Source: an uncultured delta proteobacterium (GTDB lineage Bacteria > Myxococcota_A > UBA9160 > UBA4427). From it: a stretch of 64,000 nucleotides of DNA. Shown here one piece after another: positions 52,771-62,888 of the stretch. The stretch's first letter is position 1; each line of letters starts with the position of its first letter. The stretch covers positions 1,888,001 through 1,952,000 of the forward strand of contig CAWGJT010000005.1 in assembly GCA_963822965.1 (NCBI GenBank), read 5' to 3'. Made by a program: the position numbers and the translations under genes. The notes beneath the pieces were generated by a model. It had not been told where the DNA came from. It saw only the letters and a list, made by a program, of their open reading frames with translations, and made no database searches.

Positions 52771-54308
52771 CGGCACCGGTGGTGCTCGTGGTGCTCGATG
52801 GCTACGGGATCGGAGACGGCGGGCCCTCCGATGCGACGCGGGTGGCGCATGCGCCCTTCCTGCATCACGCGGCCGGCCGCTATCCCCACGCCCGCATCGA
52901 GACCTCCGGCGAAGCCGTCGGGCTGCCCGAAGGCCAGATGGGCAACTCCGAGGTCGGGCACATGACGATGGGCGCCGGCCGGGTGATCGAGCAGGACCTC
53001 ACGCGCATCAGCCAGGCCCTGCAGCAGGCGCCCGCCGAGGAGCAGCTTCCGATCCGGGAGCTCTTCGACGCGGTTCGCGCGAAGGGGGGCACCCTCCACC
53101 TGATGGGGCTCGTCTCCGACGGCGGTGTGCACAGCCACGTCGATCACCTGCGCGCCCTGCTGGCCGCGGCGGCACGCGCGAAGGTGTCCACCGCGGTGCA
53201 CGCATTCCTCGACGGCCGGGACACGCCGCCGCGCTCGGGGCTCCGCTTCGTGAAGGCGCTACTTCCCGAGGTCGAAGCCTGCGGATCGCAGATCGCGACG
53301 GTGATGGGTCGCTACTACGCGATGGACCGCGACAACCGCTGGGACCGGATCGGCCGGGCCTACCACGCCATCGTGTGCCGCGACGGCGAGCACGCACCCG
53401 ACGCCGTGTCCGCCATCGAGACCTCCTACGCCCGGGATGAGACCGACGAGTTCATGCGACCCGCCGTCATCGCGGGGGGCCGGGCACTCCAGGACGGCGA
53501 CGGCGTCTTCTTCTTCAACTTCCGCGCCGACCGCGCGCGCGAGCTCACGAACGCCCTCACCGGGGCGCGCGCCGATCGCTTCGCGGGGGAGCTCGAGCGC
53601 CGCAAGGTGGTCGACCTGTCGGGCTTCCTGTGCATGACCGAGTACGACGCGGCCTTCGGCCTGCCGGTCGCCTTCCCGCCGGAGCGGCCGCGCGAGCTGC
53701 TGGGCGAGATCGTCTCCCGGGCCGGTCTCGCGCAGCTCCGCATGGCCGAGACGGAGAAGTACGCGCACGTGACGTTCTTCTTCAACAGCGGCGGCGAGGA
53801 GCCGTTCCCCGACGAGGATCGCGTGCTCATCCCCTCTCCCCGGGACGTCGCCACCTACGACCACCGCCCGGAGATGAGCGCCCTCCAGGTGACCGAGACC
53901 CTGGTGGAGCGGATCGAGACGGGGGACTACGCGTTCGTCCTGGTCAACTACGCCAACCCCGACATGGTCGGTCACACCGGCGTGATGGACGCCGCAGTGA
54001 AGGCCGTCGAGACCATCGACCACTGCCTCGAACGCGTCGCCGAGGTCGTCCTGGAGCGCGGGGGGCAGATGCTCATCACCGCCGACCACGGCAACTGCGA
54101 GCTGATGGTGGACCCCGAGACGGGCGAGCCGCACACCGCGCACACGACGAATCCCGTTCCCATCTACTGGATCACGCGGGACGCCGCCGGGCGCGGGCTG
54201 CGCGACGGCACCCTGGCGGATCTCGCCCCGACGGTTCTCGAGCTGCTCGGGCTCGACGTTCCGAAGGAGATGACGGGGCACTCGCTGATCGCACCGGACG
54301 GCGCCTGA
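52767..54308 (+). CDS. gpmI: 2,3-BPG-independent phosphoglycerate mutase
   Basis: QMGNSEVGH, DGRDT, GRYYAMDRD, DMVGHTG, TADHGN. Confidence 0.97.
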   Translation: MTAPVVLVVLDGYGIGDGGPSDATRVAHAPFLHHAAGRYPHARIETSGEAVGLPEGQMGNSEVGHMTMGAGRVIEQDLTRISQALQQAPAEEQLPIRELFDAVRAKGGTLHLMGLVSDGGVHSHVDHLRALLAAAARAKVSTAVHAFLDGRDTPPRSGLRFVKALLPEVEACGSQIATVMGRYYAMDRDNRWDRIGRAYHAIVCRDGEHAPDAVSAIETSYARDETDEFMRPAVIAGGRALQDGDGVFFFNFRADRARELTNALTGARADRFAGELERRKVVDLSGFLCMTEYDAAFGLPVAFPPERPRELLGEIVSRAGLAQLRMAETEKYAHVTFFFNSGGEEPFPDEDRVLIPSPRDVATYDHRPEMSALQVTETLVERIETGDYAFVLVNYANPDMVGHTGVMDAAVKAVETIDHCLERVAEVVLERGGQMLITADHGNCELMVDPETGEPHTAHTTNPVPIYWITRDAAGRGLRDGTLADLAPTVLELLGLDVPKEMTGHSLIAPDGA

Positions 54309-54412
54309 CGGAGCCCGGATCCCGCCGGGCCGGGCCGGGTGCCGGACGAGCGGCGGGCTTGCGGGCGAGAGCGAAGGGGCGGCTACCCTGACGACTCCCC
54401 CGGTCCCCGGAA

Positions 54413-55399
54413 GTGCGTCGCTTGCGAGAGCGCCGTCGCCTGCGAGACCGACTGCCCCCGCTCCGGCCCGGACGCTTCGTCGGCTGGCTGGCGAACGGCT
54501 TCGTGGAGCTTGCTGCGCCCCGGCGCTGCGGGGGCTGCGGGGTCGGGTCCGAGCAGGCGCTCTGCCCTCGGTGCCGCGCGCTGCTGGAGCCCGAGCTGCT
54601 CTCCGACGTCTCGATCCCGCACGTCGACGCTTGCGTGGCGGCCGTGGTCTATGGCGGGCCGGCAGCGGACTGGCTCCAGCGCTTCAAGTATCCGCGGCCG
54701 GGTCTGGCCGCTCTCGATCCCGCCCCCATCGGCGTGATGCAGCTTCTCGCCGTGGAGGCGGTGAGCCGCGCACCCGGCGCGGCACCCGCTCTCGTGGTGC
54801 CGGTTCCGTTGCACCCCCGGCGGCTGGGCGCGCGCGGCTTCAACCCCGCGCTGCTGCTGGCACGGGAGGTCGCCCGGGCGACGGACGCCCCCTGCGCACC
54901 GGCCCGGCTGCGTCGCGACCGGGACACACCCAGCCAGACCGGCCTCGATCGGCGCGGCCGCCGGCGCAACGTGGCGGGCGCGTTCTCGTGCCGGGGCCGT
55001 GCACCCGCGAACGTGTGGCTGGTGGACGACGTGGTGACGACGGGCGCGACGCTCTCCGAGTGCGCTCGCGTCTTGCGCCGCGCCGGGGCACGGCGCATCG
55101 TCGCGGTCTGCGCCGCCCGCACGCCACGCGAGCGCCACCCGGACACCGACCCCCCCGGCCGAGCCGACGAGCACCCCGGCGCGAAACCCGACGAGGCTCG
55201 ACCGATGCCGCGCATCAAGCAATCCGTCACGCTGCTGCACCGTCCGAGCCTGGACGAGGAAGCCACCGCCGTCCACTTCGAGGCGGGGGATGCGCTGGAG
55301 ATCCTCGAGGAGTGGGAATCCCACTACCTGTGTCGGCGCCGCGACGATCCCGAAGGACGGCTCTTCAACGTCCGCAAGGAGCTCGTCGATCCGAGCTGA
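54413..55399 (+). CDS. comF: ComF family protein with in-frame C-terminal 64-aa extra domain
   Basis: CGGC...CPRC, VPVPLH...RGFN, LVDDVVTTGAT. Confidence 0.85.
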   Translation: MRRLRERRRLRDRLPPLRPGRFVGWLANGFVELAAPRRCGGCGVGSEQALCPRCRALLEPELLSDVSIPHVDACVAAVVYGGPAADWLQRFKYPRPGLAALDPAPIGVMQLLAVEAVSRAPGAAPALVVPVPLHPRRLGARGFNPALLLAREVARATDAPCAPARLRRDRDTPSQTGLDRRGRRRNVAGAFSCRGRAPANVWLVDDVVTTGATLSECARVLRRAGARRIVAVCAARTPRERHPDTDPPGRADEHPGAKPDEARPMPRIKQSVTLLHRPSLDEEATAVHFEAGDALEILEEWESHYLCRRRDDPEGRLFNVRKELVDPS

Positions 55400-55711
55400 C
55401 CGGCGCTAGAGGCCCGGCCGGAAAGCGTACCGCGGCACCGAGAGCGTCATCTGCGGCGTCCTGGCAAGGCGCGCGACCGAGGCATAGCCGATGCTACGGC
55501 GACGGGAGCGGAACGCAGCCAGGGCGCCGCGGGGGCGCTCGAATGCAGGTCGCACTTTCCGGCCGGGCCTCTAGCCCGGCAACGGATTGAGCAGCGGCTG
55601 CCATGCCCGGCGGCAGAGCGACTGGCTCGCCGCGAGGGAACGCGCTGATTCCGGCCACTCCCTGCACGCCCGTGGGCCTGATTCCGCCCGTGTTTCGATC
55701 CGTCAGGGTGC

Positions 55712-55727
55712 TGGCACGCTCGATGCA
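55712..55727 (+). promoter_or_regulatory. Putative sigma54 promoter
   Basis: TGGCACGCTCGATGCA (GG-N10-GC). Confidence 0.65.
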
Positions 55728-55796
55728 AGAGCCCCCGTTGCGCCCCGGAACCCACGGTAGACCGCTGGCGTCTACCGATGCGAAAGGAAGAGAGCC

Positions 55797-55961
55797 ATGG
55801 GAATGGTTTGCGCTTGGTGCGGCAGTCTTCTGCGCGGAACCACGGGAACCTCGGTTCCCGTCAGTCACGCCCTGTGCCGGGGCTGTCTTGGCGAGCTGCG
55901 GGAAGCGCTCGCCAGCAACGGCCTTCGCGTGCAGGGACGGCCAAACCACCAGCACCGCTGA
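55797..55961 (+). CDS. 54-aa putative Zn-binding microprotein (not in ORF track)
   Basis: MGMVCAWCGSLLRGTTGTSVPVSHALCRGCLGELREALASNGLRVQGRPNHQHR; AAGGAAG RBS. Confidence 0.7.
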   Translation: MGMVCAWCGSLLRGTTGTSVPVSHALCRGCLGELREALASNGLRVQGRPNHQHR

Positions 55962-56114
55962 GCCTCGCTGGACGCGGCAGCCCACGAGGTCCCCATCCCG
56001 ACGCGCCCCGCCTCCTCGGGCGGGCGGTCGCGGGCAGATCCCGGGGCCACTGCCCGGGGAATCCTCCGGATTTCCCGGCGCCGCGGACCGCGACCCGCTG
56101 CCCGGATCGCGGTC

Positions 56115-56351
56115 CTAGGGCAGCCGCTTCCGGGAGACGCCGCGGGCCCGGACGAGCCGGCCGCGAAGAATCGCGACACCGCTCGCGAAGCTCAGCAGCA
56201 GCGCCGCGATGCCGACCACGTGGATCGGCTCGGTCAGGTAGTGGAGCAGGCTCGTGCCCTCCCCCGCCCGACCGTGTCCCGGGTGCGCCGAGGCCCCCGA
56301 GGCCAGCAGGGTGAGACACGCGAATACGATGAGAACGACCCGGTAGTACAC
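56115..56351 (-). CDS. Small membrane protein resembling the HupE/UreJ N-terminus
   Basis: Signal-like segment then AHPGHG...LLHYLTEPIH and one TM; GGAGG RBS. Confidence 0.55.
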   Translation of the reverse strand: MYYRVVLIVFACLTLLASGASAHPGHGRAGEGTSLLHYLTEPIHVVGIAALLLSFASGVAILRGRLVRARGVSRKRLP

Positions 56352-56436
56352 GACGAACCCTCCCTGGCTCTTTGCTCCAACGATGCCACAAACCCGGGCC
56401 GGCGTAACCCGGTCCCCGACCCCGGCGCGGGGGGCC

Positions 56437-56826
56437 TCAGGATGGCAGCTCGGACCGGGGCGTGAGCCACTGGTCCGCGTCCTCGTAGGCGCGGAACACC
56501 TTCAGCGAGTCGAAGTGCGCGTCGGCGATCATCTCGAACATGCGGCTGATGCCGAAGATGGCGTCCCGAGGCGCGACGATCGCGCAGCTCCCCCAGCGGA
56601 TGCTCGAGACCAGCCGCCCCACCTCGCTCGCCACCGCTCGCACCTGCTTGTGGTCCGGGAGGTTGGTGATGCCGCTGAGATCGAGCAGCACGTCGAGTCG
56701 GTCGGGACATTCCGGGTCGGCCTCGAGCTGCTTGAAGTGCGCGATCACCTCGTCGAAGGTGACCGGGCCCGTGCAGCGGGTGACGATCTTCCCGCGTCCG
56801 GCGTCGATCTCGTAGTGGACGGGCAC
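56437..56826 (-). CDS. Hypothetical STAS/SpoIIAA-like protein
   Basis: VLLDLS, AIVAP...FGISRMFE, VFRAYEDADQWL. Confidence 0.65.
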   Translation of the reverse strand: MPVHYEIDAGRGKIVTRCTGPVTFDEVIAHFKQLEADPECPDRLDVLLDLSGITNLPDHKQVRAVASEVGRLVSSIRWGSCAIVAPRDAIFGISRMFEMIADAHFDSLKVFRAYEDADQWLTPRSELPS

Positions 56827-56868
56827 GCTCTCCCCCGGGTAGGTACCGGCGACACCGCCCCGAGTCTA

Positions 56869-57759
56869 TCAGCGCGCGCCGGCCTCCGCGCGCGCGATCA
56901 GTGCGCTGATGCGTTCGACGAGCTGGGGCTGCACGTCGCGCGGCATGTCGTGACCCATCCCCGGCACGAGCAGCAGCTCGGCACCGGGAATGGCGGCGGC
57001 CGTGTCCCGGCCTCCCTCGACGGGCACGAGCGGATCCGCCTCTCCGTGCACCACCAGCGTGGGCAGGTCGAGAGTCCGCAAGGCCGGAACGCGGTTCGGC
57101 TGGGTGAGAATCGCCGCAAGCTGGCGAGCCTGGCCCGAAGGCAGGAAGCAACGGTCGTAGGAGCGTGCCGCCTTGTCGCGCACCCCCGCCTCGTCGAAGG
57201 GGAAGCCCGGGCTCCCGATGATCTTGAAGGTCTCGACCGAGCGCTGGATCGCGTCCTCCCGCTCCGACGGGGGCGGCATGATGAGCCGGGCGGTAACGGC
57301 CGGATCCGCGGCGGGCAGGTCGCGGTTGCCCGTCGTCGACATGATCGAGGTCATGCTGCGAACGCGACCGCGGTGCCGCAGGGCGAGAGTCTGCACGATC
57401 ATGCCGCCCATGGAGGCCCCGCAGACGTGGGCGGAGTCGAGGCCCAGGGCCTCGATCAGCGCCGCCGCGTCGTCCGCCATGTCGTCGAGCGTGTAGGCGG
57501 GCACGGGCGCCTCGGCGGGATTCATCATGAGGTTCATCAGATCCGGCATGCCGGCGTCCTCGAACTTCGTCGAGAGACCCACGTCGCGGTTGTCGTAGCG
57601 GATGACGTAGTGGCCGCGCTCGGCGAGCGCCTCGCAGAACGCCTCGTCCCACAGGACCATCTGCGCGCCGAGCCCCATGGTGAGCAGCAGCGGGCGCTCC
57701 CGCTCGTCTCCGAAGGTCTCGTACTCGAGAGAGATTCCGTTCGCTCGGGCCTGGGGCAC
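56869..57759 (-). CDS. Alpha/beta hydrolase
   Basis: DNRDVGLS, GASMGG, HGEADPL, GMGH. Confidence 0.92.
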   Translation of the reverse strand: MPQARANGISLEYETFGDERERPLLLTMGLGAQMVLWDEAFCEALAERGHYVIRYDNRDVGLSTKFEDAGMPDLMNLMMNPAEAPVPAYTLDDMADDAAALIEALGLDSAHVCGASMGGMIVQTLALRHRGRVRSMTSIMSTTGNRDLPAADPAVTARLIMPPPSEREDAIQRSVETFKIIGSPGFPFDEAGVRDKAARSYDRCFLPSGQARQLAAILTQPNRVPALRTLDLPTLVVHGEADPLVPVEGGRDTAAAIPGAELLLVPGMGHDMPRDVQPQLVERISALIARAEAGAR

Positions 57760-57787
57760 GGGGTCGTCCTCGCTCCCCGGGGCGCGC

Positions 57788-58864
57788 TCAGCGCTCCCGG
57801 TTCCTCTGGCGCCCGATGGTCTCCGCGATCACCTCCCGGAGGCGATCCGGATCGACGGGCTTCTTGAAGATCACGCCCTCGAGACCCTTCAGCCGGGAAC
57901 GCTTGATGATGTGGTCCTTGTCGTAGTGGAAGGCCGTCATCATCAGCACCGGCAGGTCGGGATGGCTCTTCTGGCAGGCCAGGTAGAGCTCGTGACCGTC
58001 CATGTGGGGCATCACGACGTCCGTGAGCATCAGGTCGAAGTGCTGCGATTCGAGCAGGCGCATGGCCTCGAGACCGTCGTTGGCGGTGGCCACCGTGCAG
58101 CCCGCCGCCTCGAGCAGCTCCTTCATGGTGCTGCAGATGCCCAGGTCGTCGTCGACCACCAGGATCGAGAGGCCCTTGAGGCGCGGATCCAGCTCGCCCT
58201 GGGACTGCCGGCTCAGGTCCAGCATGCGGCCGGGGCCCACGTACTTGACCGTCTCGTACTGCTCGCTGGACACCATCTCGGAGAGACGCTCGAGGATGTC
58301 CGTGACCCGCGCGACCTCGCGACGGATCGCGTCGAGGCGCTCGGTCTCGACCGACGAGTCGCGCTCACCGCAGAGCCGGACCACGTCGCCCTCGAGGAGC
58401 GAGACCTGGTTCAGGATCACGGCCAGCGGGTTGTTGATCTCGTGCGAGAGTCCCACGGCCACCTCGCCGAGGGTCGCGAGCTGATCCTTGTGCAGGATCT
58501 CCCGCAGGTCCTTCGCGTAGCCGATGGTGCCGTCCTCCTCGCCATCGTCGTCGTAGATGATGGCGGCGGACATGGCGACCGGGATCTCCTCCTCGTGCTT
58601 GGAGAGGAGCCGCGTCTGGAACGACTCGCAGATGCCCTTGCCCCCGAACTCGGACGAGCGCATGGCCGACATGACGCGCTTCGCCTCGTCGATGTCGGGA
58701 TACAGCATGCCGACGAAATGGCCGACCACCTCGTCGCCGTCGTAGCCGAGGCTGCAGGAGGCTCCGTCGCTGTAGTAGATGACGTTGCCCTGGCGATCGG
58801 TCGCGACCACGATGTCGATCGAGCGGTCGGTCAGTCGCTCGAGATGCTTCCTGGACAGCGCCAT
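57788..58864 (-). CDS. PAS-HisKA-receiver protein lacking HATPase domain
   Basis: PAS/PAC, LSHEINNPL H-box, ILVVDDD...TDVVMPHMDG...KP. Confidence 0.85.
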   Translation of the reverse strand: MALSRKHLERLTDRSIDIVVATDRQGNVIYYSDGASCSLGYDGDEVVGHFVGMLYPDIDEAKRVMSAMRSSEFGGKGICESFQTRLLSKHEEEIPVAMSAAIIYDDDGEEDGTIGYAKDLREILHKDQLATLGEVAVGLSHEINNPLAVILNQVSLLEGDVVRLCGERDSSVETERLDAIRREVARVTDILERLSEMVSSEQYETVKYVGPGRMLDLSRQSQGELDPRLKGLSILVVDDDLGICSTMKELLEAAGCTVATANDGLEAMRLLESQHFDLMLTDVVMPHMDGHELYLACQKSHPDLPVLMMTAFHYDKDHIIKRSRLKGLEGVIFKKPVDPDRLREVIAETIGRQRNRER

Positions 58865-58908
58865 CGCCTACCCGCTTCAAGCCCCATGCCACCCGCCGGG
58901 GGTGGCCT

Positions 58909-59844
58909 CTACTCCAGGCCCTGCTCGGCCAGCCAGCGCTCGGCGTCGATGGCGGCCATGCAGCCGGTTCCGGCGGCCGTGACCGCCTGCCGGTAGACCT
59001 TGTCGGCACAATCGCCGCATGCGAAGACCCCCTCCACGGAGGTTCGCGTCGTTCCCGGAGCCACCCGAACGTAGCCCTGCTCGTCGAGGTCGAGCTGCTC
59101 CTGGAAGAGACTCGTGTTCGGCTGGTGTCCGATCGCGACGAAGAGCGCCTCGGCGGGCAGATCCCGGGTCTTGCCGGTTTGGACATCGGCGACCCGGACC
59201 CCCGTCACGAACTCGTCGCCGAGCACCTCCTGGACCACCGAGTTCCAGAGAAAGTCGATCTTGTCGTGCGCGAGCGCCCGCTCCTGCATGATCTTGGAGG
59301 CGCGGAGCTGTTCTCGCCGGTGGACCACCGTCACCTTCGTGGCGAAGCGGGTGAGGAAGAGGGCCTCCTCCATGGCGGTATCCCCGCCCCCCACGACGAC
59401 CATCGGCTTGCCCTTGAAGAGGGCGCCGTCACAGGTCGCGCAGGCCGAAACCCCGCGGTTCTGAAGGCGAGTTTCGGACTCGAGCCCCAGCCAGCGGGCG
59501 GAGGCGCCGGTGGAGACGAGCACCGCGTCCGCGGTGAAGCGGCGGTCGTCGGTCTCCACCACGAACGGGCGCTGGGTCAGATCCACCCGGGTGGCGTCCT
59601 CGAAGAAGATCTTCGTCCCGAAGCGCTCGGCCTGCTTCTGGAAGTCTTCCATCATCGCGGGACCGGTCACGGACTCGGGGTAGCCCGGGTAGTTCTCGAC
59701 GTCGGTGGTGATCATCAGCTGGCCACCAGCCATCAGGCCCGCCACCACCACCGGCTCGAGACCCGCCCGTGCCGTGTAGATGGCGGCCGTGTAGCCGGCC
59801 GGCCCACTGCCGATGATGAGCACTCGCACGTGCTCGCTCTGCAT
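58909..59844 (-). CDS. trxB: Thioredoxin-disulfide reductase
   Basis: GSGPAG, CATCDG, GGGDTAMEEA, YRQAVTAAGTG. Confidence 0.97.
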   Translation of the reverse strand: MQSEHVRVLIIGSGPAGYTAAIYTARAGLEPVVVAGLMAGGQLMITTDVENYPGYPESVTGPAMMEDFQKQAERFGTKIFFEDATRVDLTQRPFVVETDDRRFTADAVLVSTGASARWLGLESETRLQNRGVSACATCDGALFKGKPMVVVGGGDTAMEEALFLTRFATKVTVVHRREQLRASKIMQERALAHDKIDFLWNSVVQEVLGDEFVTGVRVADVQTGKTRDLPAEALFVAIGHQPNTSLFQEQLDLDEQGYVRVAPGTTRTSVEGVFACGDCADKVYRQAVTAAGTGCMAAIDAERWLAEQGLE

Positions 59845-60005
59845 CCTCGTCTCGCCTCCCGGATCGCGGAGCCGGATGGTAACGCCTCGTCCCCCCACGG
59901 CGAGCCCGACGACAGGGCTCTGCCCGCGGGTCGCGCGCGGGTGCCGGGGGATCCCCGAGATTCCCCAGCCATCCCGGCCAGCGGCTAGAGGCCAGCAGCC
60001 AGCGG

Positions 60006-61700
60006 CTAGAGGGGCTCGGTGATCGGCAGCTCCTCCCACATCAGCTGCAGGAAGACGCCGATGAAGAAGGACAGGAAGGTCATCAGCACCACGGCCGACG
60101 GGAAGGCGAGGAAGGGATCGAGTCCCACCACCCGAGGCAGCTCGCCCAGCAGGGGCTCGAGACCCCGCCTCAGCTGTTCCACCGGGATCTCGCCGCCATC
60201 GGGCGACCAGTTGCGGCTCGCCATGATGCCGCCCAGCAGGCTCGTGATCACCATGCCCGCGCCGAAGGCCTCGAGCACGCCGAGCAGGAAGATCGATCGC
60301 GCCCGGGCGAAGGCGAGCTGGGTGTCGCCCAGCCGGCGTTGCACCTCGACGTAGATGTACAGGAGCGTGATCAGGCCCAGCATCACCCCCAGGGTGACGA
60401 CCGTCCCCGCCGAGCGGCTGGCCAGGTCCCACACCTCGTCGATGAAGAGCACCGGCAGGTAGCCGACGATGATCCCCGCGCCGATGCGCGGAACGGCGGC
60501 GTGGAAGAAGGAGAGGTCCCGCTTCCAGCAGAAGCGATAGAGGAGGAACCACACCGCCACGGCGTTGATGATCGCGATCTCCACCGAGCAGACCAGATCG
60601 AAGAGCCAGGGGTTGCGGTCGTAGAGGAAGGCCGCCGCCACGAAGGGCGACGCCATCGCCGCGATGGTGAGCGCGTGGATCCGCGGGGTGTGCCAGGAGA
60701 GCACGGTGCCGTCGTCGCCCTCCCCCCGACCCAGTGACTCCGCGTGATGGATGATCGCCGACGAGTGCCGGATGTCGTACTGGCGCAGGAACCACGCCTC
60801 GAGCTTCTTGAGCAGGCGCTGGCAGTCCCGCGAGTTGCGCCGCAGGAACACCACCAGGTCGCTGCGCCGGTCCAGGCCCGTCGCGCCCGGGCGGACGATC
60901 CCCCGCAGCACCTCGTCCTCGCGGTTCGCGAAGGGAGAGTCCTCCTTCTCGAACGCCTGGTTCTCCTCGTCGAGGCAGACGCCCTCCATCCACAGGTAGA
61001 AGGCGCGTTCCGCCATGCGGACGATCAGACGGTCGACCACCTCCGGATCGCCCGCCTCCAGGGCGTGGAAGAACCCCGACTCGCTGGAGTCGTCGCTCGG
61101 ATCGATGGCGCTCACCTCGCCGGCCACCCAGCGCAGCAGGTACTCGGGGCGCACGCGCTCCGCCAGCAGCACCCGCAGCGAGCGGTAGATCTGCTTGCGC
61201 AGGAGGAAGGACGCCACCCGGATCGAACGCATGTCCGGCAGCTCATGGCTCTCGATGAAGCGCAGCATCAGCTGACAGAGCAGCGCCACGTCCTGGTGGA
61301 GGCGCAGCCGCACCGCCGGGTCGAGATCGGACCGGGTCTCGAGACGGGTGCAGACGCGCACGATGTAGCGCGGCGCCTGGGCGAGCAGTCGGCCCATCAG
61401 CTCCGTGGCGTCCCGCTGGTGCGCGGAGGGCGAAATCAGGCGCGGCTTCCGAAGCAGGTCGTCGAGCTGCAGGGAGAGCTCGGTGGGATCGTGCCGTTCG
61501 CGGTGGAACGAGAAGGTCTCCGGGAACAGGGGCACGAAGCCGTCCCCCCCGTCGCGCTCGAAGCGCACCTGGCGGGCGTGAAACGCGAAGGTGAAGCGCA
61601 GGGTGACGTCGAGGCGCTCGACCCGCAGCTCGAGACGCTCCAGCCCGCCTCGTCCGCTCTCGGCGTCGCTTCGCTGCGGCTCGGCGCTGGCCGACGACAC
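60006..61700 (-). CDS. Hypothetical protein: large soluble N-terminus + multi-TM C-terminus
   Basis: Long ORF between two clear genes; several hydrophobic segments in the last ~230 aa. Confidence 0.75.
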   Translation of the reverse strand: MSSASAEPQRSDAESGRGGLERLELRVERLDVTLRFTFAFHARQVRFERDGGDGFVPLFPETFSFHRERHDPTELSLQLDDLLRKPRLISPSAHQRDATELMGRLLAQAPRYIVRVCTRLETRSDLDPAVRLRLHQDVALLCQLMLRFIESHELPDMRSIRVASFLLRKQIYRSLRVLLAERVRPEYLLRWVAGEVSAIDPSDDSSESGFFHALEAGDPEVVDRLIVRMAERAFYLWMEGVCLDEENQAFEKEDSPFANREDEVLRGIVRPGATGLDRRSDLVVFLRRNSRDCQRLLKKLEAWFLRQYDIRHSSAIIHHAESLGRGEGDDGTVLSWHTPRIHALTIAAMASPFVAAAFLYDRNPWLFDLVCSVEIAIINAVAVWFLLYRFCWKRDLSFFHAAVPRIGAGIIVGYLPVLFIDEVWDLASRSAGTVVTLGVMLGLITLLYIYVEVQRRLGDTQLAFARARSIFLLGVLEAFGAGMVITSLLGGIMASRNWSPDGGEIPVEQLRRGLEPLLGELPRVVGLDPFLAFPSAVVLMTFLSFFIGVFLQLMWEELPITEPL

Positions 61701-61705
61701 GCGAT

Positions 61706-62848
61706 TCAGAGGACCCGCTTGCGCGGATTCTCGCCCGACTCGTAGTAGGTCTCGACGAGACGGTTGAGCTCGGCGACACGAGCCGGCAGGGCATCCGCGT
61801 TGGGCCAGCGCTGGGATGCTACGCGCATGCGATCGAGCAGCAGCTGCGCGTCGGGGTACTCCTCCCGTCCCATCACCTCGTCCACGTCGAGCCAGTTCTG
61901 GATGGCGGTCTGGGTGCGCGACACGCGCTCGTTGAGCTCGGCCATCCGCGGTGACAGCACGCCCAGCTCGCGGGCTTCCCGAGCCAGGTTGCCGAGATCG
62001 GTGACGGCCTGCTCGAGCGCGCCGCGCAGGTCGCCTTCCGTCTGCCCGATGGCCGCCACGATCTCCTCGAAGCGGCGCCGCAGCGGCTCGTGGGAGACCT
62101 CCTTGATGCGAATGACGCTGCCCACCTCGGAGTCGAGGCGCTGGGCGCTGATGCGCACGCGCAGGGGCTTGCCCCGGGACTGCAGCTGCACCTCCTCGAA
62201 CGAGCCCTTGGGCTCGTCGAGCAGACGCATGACCGTGTCCCCGAGGTTCTCGATGCCGAGCTTCTCGAGGATCGACGCGAGGGAGGCGCCGCGCGGATCC
62301 TCGCTCAGGCCGAGGTACTCGCGCGCCGGACGGTTGGCCGCCCGCACGATGCCCTGGGCGTCCACCGCCAGGGCGCCCGTATCGAGGCGGTCCATCACCG
62401 CTTCCAGGAAGAAGTTCGTGTTCCGCAGCTCGGCCACGAGGCGGGTGTTCTCGGTGGCGAGCGAGTGATGATCGACCGCGCGCTTGACGGTCTGCTTCAG
62501 CTCGTCGGGCTCCCACGGCTTGTTCACGTAGGCGTAAATGTGCCCGTCGTTGATGGCCTGGATGGTGGCGTCCGCGTCGGCGAAGCCCGTGAGCATGATG
62601 CGGACCGTCTCCGGATGCCGCTTCGATGCCTCGGCGAGGAACTCGACCCCCGTCATGCCCGGCATGCGCTGGTCGGTGATCACGCAGGCGATGGGCGCCT
62701 TCTCGTCCAGGATCTCGAGCGCCTTGTGGGCGTCCGTCGAGGTGAACACCTCGTAGAGGTCCATGAACGTGTACGACATCGTCTCGAGGATGGCCTCCTC
62801 GTCGTCGACGATCAGGATGCGGGGCCGGTCGTGGCTGTTCATGCCCAT
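61706..62848 (-). CDS. Response regulator (REC + PAS-like + helical C-terminus)
   Basis: ILIVDDE, TDQRMPGMTG, LTG, KPW. Confidence 0.88.
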   Translation of the reverse strand: MGMNSHDRPRILIVDDEEAILETMSYTFMDLYEVFTSTDAHKALEILDEKAPIACVITDQRMPGMTGVEFLAEASKRHPETVRIMLTGFADADATIQAINDGHIYAYVNKPWEPDELKQTVKRAVDHHSLATENTRLVAELRNTNFFLEAVMDRLDTGALAVDAQGIVRAANRPAREYLGLSEDPRGASLASILEKLGIENLGDTVMRLLDEPKGSFEEVQLQSRGKPLRVRISAQRLDSEVGSVIRIKEVSHEPLRRRFEEIVAAIGQTEGDLRGALEQAVTDLGNLAREARELGVLSPRMAELNERVSRTQTAIQNWLDVDEVMGREEYPDAQLLLDRMRVASQRWPNADALPARVAELNRLVETYYESGENPRKRVL

Positions 62849-62888
62849 GGTTGCTCGAAAGGGTGGGGCCCCCGAAGGACGCAGGAGC

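Noticed and set aside
55400..56110. Cobalamin riboswitch or other ncRNA
   Set aside because: Could not identify the conserved boxes; region better explained by the sigma54 promoter and small ORF
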